From the NCBI GenBank assembly GCA_044222185.1, contig JBGANV010000002.1, positions 32,001 to 96,000 on the forward strand: a stretch of DNA of 64,000 nucleotides, given 5' to 3'. Of the stretch, positions 50,404 through 58,769 are shown in pieces. Within the stretch, counting starts at the first letter, position 1; every line of letters starts with the position of its first letter. The position numbers and the translations under genes were made by a program. Source of the DNA: Planctomycetota bacterium (lineage in GTDB: Bacteria > Planctomycetota > GCA-002687715 > CAIWVZ01). The notes beneath the pieces were generated by a model. It did not search any database. It had not been told where the DNA came from and worked only from the letters and a program-made list of their open reading frames with translations.

Positions 50404-52254
50404 ATGGCCGAGACCCTGATCGTCCGTCACGCTGCCAACTCGACCCTCGCTGGCCGGGAGCAACGGTTCACCAAGCCCGTCGTCCGCATCGGGCGGCGTC
50501 GCGGCAACGACGTCGTGTTCGACGAAGCGCAGGATCGGCTGGTCTCCGCCGTCCACGCGGAAGTCCGAACGGAGCCCTCCGGCGTCACGCTCGTCGACCT
50601 CGAGTCCAGCAACGGGACCTTCGTCAACGGGCGAAGACTGCGGCCGCACCAACCCTCGCGCATCGGCCCGTCGGACGACGTGCAGCTGGGCGGACCCACG
50701 GGCCCGCGCCTGTCGCTGTTCGCCGATGGTCCGCCTCCGTTCGCTCGGGGCGCCGACGAATTCGGCAGCGCGACGATCATCAATCGCCCGAAGGAACGTT
50801 CTGCGTCCCCCGCCATTCCCGCCGTTCCCATGCACGGCCAGAAGCAGGGCATCGGTCAGGCGACGCTCTTTCGCGTCGTCAGCGCCGCAACGGCCCACGA
50901 GCGACGGCGCGTCGTGTGGATCGCGACGGGCCTGCTCGTCGTCGCCGTCGGAGCGGCTGCGGCGTACTTCTTCTTTTGGCCCCCGCCGATACCACCCGTC
51001 GTCGTCGACGCGGATGCGGCGGCACTGAGCCGCAAGTTGAACGAGTACAAGGGCTCGGTCTACGTCGTCGCGCGACGATCGCGTGACCAGAACAACAACG
51101 TCACGGACGATCCGTTCGGAACGGCATGGTCCTGCGCCCCCGGACTTCTCGCGACGAATGGCCACGTGGCACGGGCGTTCGCCAACCTGAAGCCGGGAGA
51201 GACGCTGATCGCGCGGAGCGGCGCGACACCGCCGGTCGACCTCATGCTGGTCGGGCAACGGACTCACCCTGGCTACCTCGAGTTCGAGGATCTGGTGAAG
51301 CGGTACACGCTCAACCTCTCGGCCGCCCCATTCGAGTCGATCAAGGGCGGGTGCGACATCGCCGTGCTCGAGGTCGACCCGGGGTACGTCCCGCGACAAG
51401 CGCCCCCGCTGCCGATCGCCTCGGACGCAGAGCTCGGCTCCATGAAGCAGATGGACTCGGTCGGGTTCATCGGCTTCACCATGGAGAACCGCGGCCTGAA
51501 CATGGAGCGCCCGGTACCGATCATGGCGAACGGCGGGATCTCGAGCATCTCCGACTTCTTCCTGGGCGCCGCACCTTCGGACCGTGGCGAACTGATCGCG
51601 TTCACTGCCGCCGGCGGAGGCGGCGCAAGTGGGAGCCCGGTCATCGCCGCCAGTGGGAAAGTCGTCTGCCTCCTGTATGCCGGCGACGTGACGACTTCCG
51701 GACACTCGGGTCCACGAGTCAGTGTCCCCGGCGCCCAAACGTACGGCCAACGCGCGAACATCCTGCGCGAGCTCCTCGATGGGAGCATGTCGGCCCGACA
51801 GCCGATTCGGCGCGCCAGCTGGGAGCAGTCACTCCGACCGCTCTTCGAGCAAGCGAACGCGGAGTTCATCAACGCCGCGCTCAAGGACCAATCCGTCGCG
51901 CTGCGGCGCGCCGGCAAGATTCGCTATCCGGACAACGCCGTCGTCAGCGACGTCTGGGAGGAGGTCGACTCGAGGAAGGTGCGGATGAGCGGAGTCGGCG
52001 CGGCGAACGCGGCGACGGTCGAGATGCGGACGCTCCGCACGGGCTTCCACTTGATCATCGCCGTTCCGACGACTGGCCCGGCGAACATCGACATCATCGC
52101 GCCGGGTGCCGAGGACACGGCGGGAGACTTCATCCCGATAATCGGTCAACGCATCGCCCCTGGTCAGCCGGCAGTCATCCGTGTCGTGAACGCCGACACG
52201 CTCCTCACCGGCGCAGTCGAAGCGAACGTCAAGTGCTTCCGGCTGAAGGTCTGA
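50404..52254 (+). CDS. FHA-TM-trypsin-like serine protease fusion
   Basis: FHA IGR...VSAVHA...DLESSNGT; TM; triad motifs TNGHVA, DIAVL, GASGSPV. Confidence 0.88.
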   Translation: MAETLIVRHAANSTLAGREQRFTKPVVRIGRRRGNDVVFDEAQDRLVSAVHAEVRTEPSGVTLVDLESSNGTFVNGRRLRPHQPSRIGPSDDVQLGGPTGPRLSLFADGPPPFARGADEFGSATIINRPKERSASPAIPAVPMHGQKQGIGQATLFRVVSAATAHERRRVVWIATGLLVVAVGAAAAYFFFWPPPIPPVVVDADAAALSRKLNEYKGSVYVVARRSRDQNNNVTDDPFGTAWSCAPGLLATNGHVARAFANLKPGETLIARSGATPPVDLMLVGQRTHPGYLEFEDLVKRYTLNLSAAPFESIKGGCDIAVLEVDPGYVPRQAPPLPIASDAELGSMKQMDSVGFIGFTMENRGLNMERPVPIMANGGISSISDFFLGAAPSDRGELIAFTAAGGGGASGSPVIAASGKVVCLLYAGDVTTSGHSGPRVSVPGAQTYGQRANILRELLDGSMSARQPIRRASWEQSLRPLFEQANAEFINAALKDQSVALRRAGKIRYPDNAVVSDVWEEVDSRKVRMSGVGAANAATVEMRTLRTGFHLIIAVPTTGPANIDIIAPGAEDTAGDFIPIIGQRIAPGQPAVIRVVNADTLLTGAVEANVKCFRLKV

Positions 52255-52261
52255 AGCCGCC

Positions 52262-53971
52262 GTGCACGCAAGAACACGTGAATGGGCTCGCGATGGTCGA
52301 CGGAGCGCGCTCGTCGCCGTGGCGATCGCCTTGGCGGCGTGCGTCATCGACCGCCCGGCTCGCGCCCAGGCCGAGCGCACCGTGCCCGCCGAGTTGGCGC
52401 AAGCAGCAGACGCACACGCCTACCGGAAGGCGGCGGAAGGGCTCGACGAGCTCCTTCGCGGATGCGAGGACGACACGTCCCGAACGGTGGTGGAACGGCG
52501 ACGCCTGCGCGCGCGGTGGTTCGAGTCGGCCGTCGCGGCCGAGCCGGGGGACGTCTTGTTGCGTGCCGCGGCCGTTCGCGCGCTGAAGGCCCACGCCCGC
52601 GACCTCGACCTTTCGGACCCGAAACGCGCCGACGTCGAGCGACGCGCCGAGGCGCTCTCGGCGTCCCGGGTGCCGACCGAGTCAGCGCCCGCACCGGCGG
52701 TCCGCCGAGGCTCGAGCGAGTCGGAGGTCGTGGCGTCGAGACTGCGATCGGTGATGAGAACTGCCATCTCCGCGTCCGACAGCGCGTCGATCGACGTGCG
52801 CGTCGCACTCATCGACGAGGCCCGCGCCGCCCTGGCGCGGATTGCCGTTCCGCAAGCGCTTCGGATCGAGGCGGCCGCCTGTCGTGCTCGCATCGCGCTC
52901 GCGGCCGGCGACTGGCGCGAGGGCGTCGCCGCCGCCGAGATCCTGCGGCCGCTCCGCGGGGCCGCGTCCGTCCCTTCTGGCTCGGATCTCTCGAGGACGC
53001 TCGATCTCATCGAGGATCGACATTGGTTCGACGCGATCGCGGACGTCGAACGGAGGGAGAGCCAGAAGGCCGCTGCCATCACGCTGCTGGAGGTTCGCGC
53101 CCGACGGGAGCGACGCCTCGTCGAGGCGGGATTCGAAGCCATGCCCCGCGGCGGTCTGGCGGACGGCGGATCGGGAATGCCTCGCCTGGTGAAACATCGT
53201 CGCACGGGCCTCGTGTTCGTCCTCATCGAACCGTCGGCCGTCGAAGACGGTCGCCTCGAAGCGGCCTTCGAATCGGCGACGAGCGCCGATGATCCATCGG
53301 AGTCGCCGGGGCCAGCGTTCCAACCGATCGCGTCGCCGGTCTACGTCGGGGTCTGCGAAGTCTCGAATGCTGCCTACCGGCTGGTCGTCCCCGGCCACGC
53401 CGAGTCGGGCCTGCCGAAGATCGATGATCCGGCCTGCTCGGCATCGAATGCTGCCTATCCCGCCACCGCCATCTCGCACGACGAGGCCTCGGCGTTCTGC
53501 CTGCGCTTCGGCTTCACCCTGCCCTCGCTCGCCGAGTGGGTCGCCGTCCTGCGTGCGTCGCACTCGGACCTGGACCTGGCGAACGGCGCGTTCGTGGCCG
53601 CGGCCCTCGCGCCGCGATTCGGCCCGCTTCCGAACTTCTGGGACACGTCCGCCGTCGCGCGACTCCGACACCCGACGGGAGGAGAGCCGTTCCCCTGGGA
53701 TGACCGTGCCGTCGTCTTGCGGCGCGCCACGTGCGAAATCGGCGATGCGTCGAAGGTCACGCCAGTCGACGTGCTCGGGAACGTCGCCGAGTGGCTCGAG
53801 CCGAGTCAACCGCATCAACCGCCAATCGCGCTCGCTGCGGGAGGCTCATGGCTGACTCCGCTGCCTGCGACGCTCGCCGACCGCGCGCGGCTCCTCTTCG
53901 CGCGTCGACACGAAGCTGACGAGCGGTTCGCGGACGTGGGGTTCCGGCCCGCGTTCCGAATCGACCCCTGA
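52262..53971 (+). CDS. Exported protein with helical N-terminus and C-terminal FGE-sulfatase (SUMF1-like) domain
   Basis: Signal ending PARAQA; YVGVCEVSNAAY, EASAFC...LPSLAEW, DVLGNVAEW, GGSW, DVGFRP. Confidence 0.8.
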   Translation: MHARTREWARDGRRSALVAVAIALAACVIDRPARAQAERTVPAELAQAADAHAYRKAAEGLDELLRGCEDDTSRTVVERRRLRARWFESAVAAEPGDVLLRAAAVRALKAHARDLDLSDPKRADVERRAEALSASRVPTESAPAPAVRRGSSESEVVASRLRSVMRTAISASDSASIDVRVALIDEARAALARIAVPQALRIEAAACRARIALAAGDWREGVAAAEILRPLRGAASVPSGSDLSRTLDLIEDRHWFDAIADVERRESQKAAAITLLEVRARRERRLVEAGFEAMPRGGLADGGSGMPRLVKHRRTGLVFVLIEPSAVEDGRLEAAFESATSADDPSESPGPAFQPIASPVYVGVCEVSNAAYRLVVPGHAESGLPKIDDPACSASNAAYPATAISHDEASAFCLRFGFTLPSLAEWVAVLRASHSDLDLANGAFVAAALAPRFGPLPNFWDTSAVARLRHPTGGEPFPWDDRAVVLRRATCEIGDASKVTPVDVLGNVAEWLEPSQPHQPPIALAAGGSWLTPLPATLADRARLLFARRHEADERFADVGFRPAFRIDP

Positions 53972-54063
53972 CCCGCCGTCGTCCGTGAGGTCGCCGACCG
54001 GCCGATCGCATGGCGCCATCAACGGTGCGCGGTCCGCGCGTCGCGATCGAATTCACTCGATGC

Positions 54064-54090
54064 ACAACGGGGCGCGCGGTTTCACGCTGA
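54064..54090 (+). promoter_or_regulatory. Weak island motif variant ACAAC-N16-CGCTGA upstream of the FHA-TM gene and FliA-like sigma
   Basis: Ends 10 nt before ATG 54101, same geometry as the kinase and ECF sites. Confidence 0.35.
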
Positions 54091-54100
54091 TTGATTCGTC

Positions 54101-54994
54101 ATGTCCCTCCAACCAGACCTCGGCTCGCCGCCGCGGCCGCGCCAAGGCGCCCGTTCGAGCGTCGGCCCGCCCCCGTCGAGTGAGTCCACAAGCAGCTTGC
54201 AGGATCGCTGCGTCGAGTTGCGCTTCGGGGCTCGACCGCCGCAGGTACCGGTCGTGATCGATCCCGACGGCGCGAGGCCACCTGACGACGACGGCGCCGT
54301 CCACGTCCGACTGACGCGCGACGGAGCGCAGGTCTACGGCGCCGACGGCCGATCCGCCGGATCGATTCGCAAGGGCGAGCTCGTCGGCGTCGACGGATGG
54401 TCCGTGGCTCTGGTCGAGGTCGCCTCCGACACCGGTCCCACGTCCTTCGTTCAGGGTTTGCTCCAAGCGCGGTTGGTCCTCGATGCGGGCCCCTCCACTG
54501 GCGGGCATCCGCGCGAGCGCGCACTCCGACCCGATCCGGACCGTGTCGTCACCGTCGGGAGAGGGCCGGACTGCACGATCGTCATCGACGACCCGAAGGT
54601 CTCGCGGCGCCAGTTCGAGATCACCTATCGCGCGGCTCTCCAGGACTTCTGGCTTCAGAACGTCAGCCAGAACGGGACGCGCGTCGACGGCCTCCTGATC
54701 ACGGGCTCCGACGGACGCCGTCTCGTGCACGGCGATGCCATCGCCGCGGGCGATTCCACGCTCACGTTCTTCAACGCATGCCGATTGCCGGACCTTCCGG
54801 CCAACGGTGCCGCCCAGGATCCCATCGATCCACCGCCGGAGCCCGCCCGACCGCAACCGCGCAAGAAGGGCAAACGATCGGATGCGACGGCTCGACGTCG
54901 CCGCGATGCGGTCGCCTTCATCGGCCTCGTCCTGGCGCTGGTCGGCCTCATGGGATTGCTCATCTGGACCCTCACTTCTCCAGGTCACCAGTAG
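54101..54994 (+). CDS. FHA-domain protein with C-terminal TM anchor
   Basis: VTVGRGPDCTIVIDDPKVSRRQ...QNVSQNGTRVDG; C-terminal AVAFIGLVLALVGLMGLLIW. Confidence 0.82.
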   Translation: MSLQPDLGSPPRPRQGARSSVGPPPSSESTSSLQDRCVELRFGARPPQVPVVIDPDGARPPDDDGAVHVRLTRDGAQVYGADGRSAGSIRKGELVGVDGWSVALVEVASDTGPTSFVQGLLQARLVLDAGPSTGGHPRERALRPDPDRVVTVGRGPDCTIVIDDPKVSRRQFEITYRAALQDFWLQNVSQNGTRVDGLLITGSDGRRLVHGDAIAAGDSTLTFFNACRLPDLPANGAAQDPIDPPPEPARPQPRKKGKRSDATARRRRDAVAFIGLVLALVGLMGLLIWTLTSPGHQ

Positions 54995-55008
54995 GCACAG
55001 GTACTGCC

Positions 55009-55794
55009 ATGACGAAGCCCGAACCGCAGATGATGGATGTGACCTCCGGTGTGCCGCTGACGCCAGAGGAGGCCACTCTCGCCGCCAATCACGTGGGTTA
55101 CGCGGAGAGCCTCGCGAGGCTGGTCAAGAGCCGCTTGCCCCGTCACGTCGACGTCGATGAGCTCATCGGCGCGACGTACGCCAAACTCCTGGAGCTCGTC
55201 CGGCGCTTCGATGCCGGCCGTGGCGCGACGTTCACGAGTTTCGCGTACCTGCCGCTCCTCGGAGCAGCCTGGGACGCGGCACGGAAACTCGCCCGCCACG
55301 ACCGCCAGGTGCAACGGATCATTCGGACGCATCGCGCCCACCTCGAGGTCGGAGCTGCCGAAGGCATCGCAGGCCCGGTCGCGGGAGAGACGCCTGAGGA
55401 GACGTTCTCCCGCGCGGTGCGCAGCCGCGTCGTCGTCCACATGATCTCCCAGATTCCCGATGAGGATGACTCGATGCCGGAACCCTTCGTCGATGAAACA
55501 TCCGCGGCGGCCCATGCGCAGGAACGTGAGGACGCCTCGATCCGCGAGCGCGTCCGCGCGAGGCTGCGTTCGTTGATCGCGAGGCACCTGGAGGCGGCGG
55601 AGGAGAAGGAACGCCTCGTCATCCGCGAAGTCCTGCTGAAGGGCCGCACCCTCGACGACGTCGCGACCGAGCTCGGCGGAATCAACAAGTCGAACGTCGC
55701 CCGTCGGCTTCAGAAGGCCGTCGACCGTCTGGCCGAGCGGCTTGGGCCGGACCTGCAGGCTGGCGACGGTTATTGGGCCACGAGCCCGGGTTGA
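55009..55794 (+). CDS. FliA/WhiG (sigma-28)-like group 3 sigma factor, divergent
   Basis: Start ATG 55009; RLPRHVDVDELIG...RRFDAGRGATFTSFAY...GAAWDAAR; region 4 EKERLVI...GRTLDDVATELGGINKSNVARRLQKAVDRL. Confidence 0.8.
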   Translation: MTKPEPQMMDVTSGVPLTPEEATLAANHVGYAESLARLVKSRLPRHVDVDELIGATYAKLLELVRRFDAGRGATFTSFAYLPLLGAAWDAARKLARHDRQVQRIIRTHRAHLEVGAAEGIAGPVAGETPEETFSRAVRSRVVVHMISQIPDEDDSMPEPFVDETSAAAHAQEREDASIRERVRARLRSLIARHLEAAEEKERLVIREVLLKGRTLDDVATELGGINKSNVARRLQKAVDRLAERLGPDLQAGDGYWATSPG

Positions 55795-55822
55795 ATCGCG
55801 CAGGCGGCCCCCCGCGCCCGCG

Positions 55823-55856
55823 AAAAAGAGAGGGGCGCCGAGCCGGCGTCCCTCTC
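55823..55856. terminator. Hairpin at the right edge of the island
   Basis: AAAAA-GAGAGGGGCGCCG-AGC-CGGCGTCCCTCTC; the U-tract falls on the minus strand. Confidence 0.45.
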
Positions 55857-56141
55857 CCCCCTCTACGGCGCGGCCCGCGGGCGGCCGCACGTGCTCAGGG
55901 TCGTGGTGCGGGCGCCGAGGCTTCGCGATGCGGGGATCGGTCGCGCGGCGACGGTGAGCCCGGTCGTTTCAGGGTGCAAACACCGTGTGACTCGTCGTAC
56001 GCGGATTACGACGATCGCGACGCGACGCTGCGACATGCCTTTACGCTCGGCAACCGCCGTCATAGGCTGTGACGCCTCCATGGAATCAGCCGACGGCCCC
56101 GAACGAGAATGTCCCCGCGTGACACCGAACACGTTCACCAC

Positions 56142-56960
56142 ATGACGGACTCACTGCGCCGCTACGCGAGCGTTTTCTGGATCGTCGCCGTCGCCGTCGT
56201 GGGAACGACGACGTTCGTCGTCGACTCGAGGAGGATCGACAAGCTCACGCTCGCCCCGACGCGGAGCGTGACCGTCAAGAAGATCCACGAGTGCTCCGGT
56301 CTCGCGTACTGGCCCTCACGCAAGCACCTCTTGACCGTGGCAGACAGTGGCTACATCGCCGAGCTCTCTCTCGAGGGTGAAGTCGTCCGGGAGCGCCGCG
56401 AGAAGGGCCTCGACTTCGAGGACATCGTGCTCGTCGACGACGAGCACGCGATGATCGTCGACGAGCAGCAGCACCTCCTCGCCGACCTGCGTCTCTCCGA
56501 CCTCGCGGTCATCAATCAACGCCCCCTGCCCGTGATCTCGCCCGCCAAGGGCACGAACCGGATGTTCGAAGGAATCACGATCGATCCCGTTTCGAAACGG
56601 ACGATCCTGGTCCACGAGTCGCACCCCGCGGCCGTCGTGCGCCTCGCGCAGGACGGGATCACGCCCGAGCACGCTGCGATCCTGGAGTCGAACAGCCTCA
56701 GCGGGATCGACATCTCCCCCGACGGGCGCAACGCGATCATCGTCTCCAACCAGGGTTACATCATCCTGATGGACCTGGCGCAACGGACGATCCTGGGTGA
56801 GGTCCGCACGCCGATGCGGCGCATCGAGGGATGCGCCCTCGTGCCAGGCGTCGGGCTCTTCGCGTGCACCGACGCGAACGAATCCAAACTTCTCGTCTTC
56901 GAGTCGCTCGACTCGTGGGACGCGATCCGCGCGCAGCTGACCGGGAGGAAGTCGCGATGA
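56142..56960 (+). CDS. YjiK/SdiA-regulated-like beta-propeller protein
   Basis: N-terminal TM; blade repeats ECSGLAY, DFEDIV, FEGITID, LSGIDI, IEGCAL. Confidence 0.72.
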   Translation: MTDSLRRYASVFWIVAVAVVGTTTFVVDSRRIDKLTLAPTRSVTVKKIHECSGLAYWPSRKHLLTVADSGYIAELSLEGEVVRERREKGLDFEDIVLVDDEHAMIVDEQQHLLADLRLSDLAVINQRPLPVISPAKGTNRMFEGITIDPVSKRTILVHESHPAAVVRLAQDGITPEHAAILESNSLSGIDISPDGRNAIIVSNQGYIILMDLAQRTILGEVRTPMRRIEGCALVPGVGLFACTDANESKLLVFESLDSWDAIRAQLTGRKSR

Positions 56961-58516
56961 GCCGGTCGCTGAGCGCATGGCCATTCCTCGTCTTCATCCT
57001 CGTCGCGGCCGCCGTCGCGTTCGCGCTGCATCGCGAGCACCGGCTCCTCGCCTCACCCCACGAATACCGTGCGATCGAAACGGCTCGCGAGATGCGTGCG
57101 AGCCACGAGTGGATCGTGCCCCAACTGCGCGGCCTGCCGCGACTCGAGAAACCGCCCCTGGCGTACTGGGCATCGATGATCGCCTTCGGTTCGCACGACG
57201 AGCCGAGCGTCGGCGCCGCGCGCGTCGCCGCGGCGATCGCCGGACTCGTCACCCTGCTCGCGATCTGGTTCCTCGCACGCGACCTCGCGGACCGCGCCGT
57301 CGCGAACGTCGCCGCGGCGGTCGCCGGTGCCGGACTCGTCGCCATCATCGAGTTCCGCAAGGTGACGTCGGATCCGTTTCTCACGGCGGGATGCGCCGTC
57401 GCGATCGCAGCATGGGCCGCGGCCTTGCGACGCGACCGGCTCATCGGGCAGGCCCTGTGGCTCGTCGGCTTCGGAGGTTTGGGCCTGGCGCTGCTGGCCA
57501 AGGGTCCCATCGCCCTCGTCTTCGCAGGGATCGGCCTGGGATTCGTCCGGCCGTCGGCACCGGTACGCAAACCGGGCCTGGCGACGCTGCTGATCGGTCT
57601 CGTGATCGCCTTCGGTCCCATCGCGTGGTGGGCTCACGCGGTGTTCGATCGCCTCCCCGACGCCCTCTCGGTGTGGAAGCGAGAGATCGGCTCACGCCTC
57701 GAGCACGACGCCGAAGACGGACGGTCCGTGTGGACGTACGCGGGCACGCTCCTCAAGTTCCTCGCGCCGTGGACCCTCGCGTTCATCGCATCGCTCGTCA
57801 CACCGGGGGATCAGCGGACCCGACGCGCGCGCTGGTGGTTCCTCACGGGGCTCGCGTTCCTGCTCTGCCTCTCGAGCCGCAAGGACGCCTACGCGCTTCC
57901 GCTCCTGCCCCCGGCAGCGATCGTCACGGCCGGCTTCCTCGTGGATTGTGCCCGGGGAACGACGAAGTTCGGCCGGATCGTCCTGGTCGTTCAGTGCGCG
58001 CTCATCGCGCTCGGCGTTCCCGCGCTGATCGCGCTCAGCATCACTCGCGAGATGGACCTGTCAGGCGCGGCGGCGGTCCTCGGCGCGGCATCCGCCATCG
58101 GCACCGTGATGATCTGGTTGCAACGAGGTCGGCCCACGCGCTTGCTGACGTCGACCCTCGCCACGGCCCTACTCGCCATGTGCCTCTACCAGGGCGTCCT
58201 GGAGACGTTCGCGCCGCAGAAGTCGGGGCGATACCACCTCGGCAATTGGATCGCGCGCAACGTTCCCGGTTCCGCGAGGTTCGTCTCCATCGCCGAAGAC
58301 GACGCCGTGATCATGTTCTACGGGCGGCGGGTGCCCGAGCTGTTCCCCGATGCCCCCGCGGCTCTGGCGGCGCGCCGCGGCGAGACGTTCACGCTGGCTC
58401 GAACCGCCGCCGCGGTCGGAGTCGACCTGGGCGTCGAGGTTGCGCGCATCGTCGACCCCGGTGAGACCAATCCGGTCGCGGTCTACCGCTGGACGCCCCG
58501 CGCCGAGTCGCGCTGA
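56957..58516 (+). CDS. ArnT/PMT_2-family (GT-C fold) membrane glycosyltransferase
   Basis: ATG 56957 overlaps upstream stop; AREM...WIVPQLRGLPRLEKPPLAYW, LAKGPIAL, YALPLLP; many TMs. Confidence 0.88.
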   Translation: MSRSLSAWPFLVFILVAAAVAFALHREHRLLASPHEYRAIETAREMRASHEWIVPQLRGLPRLEKPPLAYWASMIAFGSHDEPSVGAARVAAAIAGLVTLLAIWFLARDLADRAVANVAAAVAGAGLVAIIEFRKVTSDPFLTAGCAVAIAAWAAALRRDRLIGQALWLVGFGGLGLALLAKGPIALVFAGIGLGFVRPSAPVRKPGLATLLIGLVIAFGPIAWWAHAVFDRLPDALSVWKREIGSRLEHDAEDGRSVWTYAGTLLKFLAPWTLAFIASLVTPGDQRTRRARWWFLTGLAFLLCLSSRKDAYALPLLPPAAIVTAGFLVDCARGTTKFGRIVLVVQCALIALGVPALIALSITREMDLSGAAAVLGAASAIGTVMIWLQRGRPTRLLTSTLATALLAMCLYQGVLETFAPQKSGRYHLGNWIARNVPGSARFVSIAEDDAVIMFYGRRVPELFPDAPAALAARRGETFTLARTAAAVGVDLGVEVARIVDPGETNPVAVYRWTPRAESR

Positions 58517-58673
58517 CACTCGGACGGCGCCGCGCCCCATCACCGTGGCAGCCACCTGACTGCCACGCTGTCCGAGAGGCCCGCGGCCGGGCCTGAACGT
58601 CCTTTCCGCCCCGGAATTCGCAAGTGCTTCATTCACGGGCGCATCCGCCAATCGGCGCCCCATCGGCGCGGTC

Positions 58674-58688
58674 TGGCACGGCAGTTGT
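58674..58688 (+). promoter_or_regulatory. Possible sigma-54 promoter for hsp20
   Basis: TGGCACG-GCAG-TTGT versus consensus TGGCACG-N4-TTGC; the -12 C is replaced by T. Confidence 0.4.
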
Positions 58689-58769
58689 GATGTGGGGCAT
58701 CACGGATGCGTCGTCGCGTTCGACATGCGACTTCCGACGGCGCCAGACCAGAAAAAGGAGATCAGACCC

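Noticed and set aside
54853-54880. GCAAC-N17-CGATCG inside the FHA-TM gene, upstream of the FliA-like sigma
   Set aside because: Spacer is 17 rather than 15-16 and the site is in coding sequence; not counted
19858-54994. Type VI secretion system suggested by FHA, kinase and FGE genes
   Set aside because: No TssB/C, Hcp, VgrG, ClpV, TssL/M or baseplate genes seen
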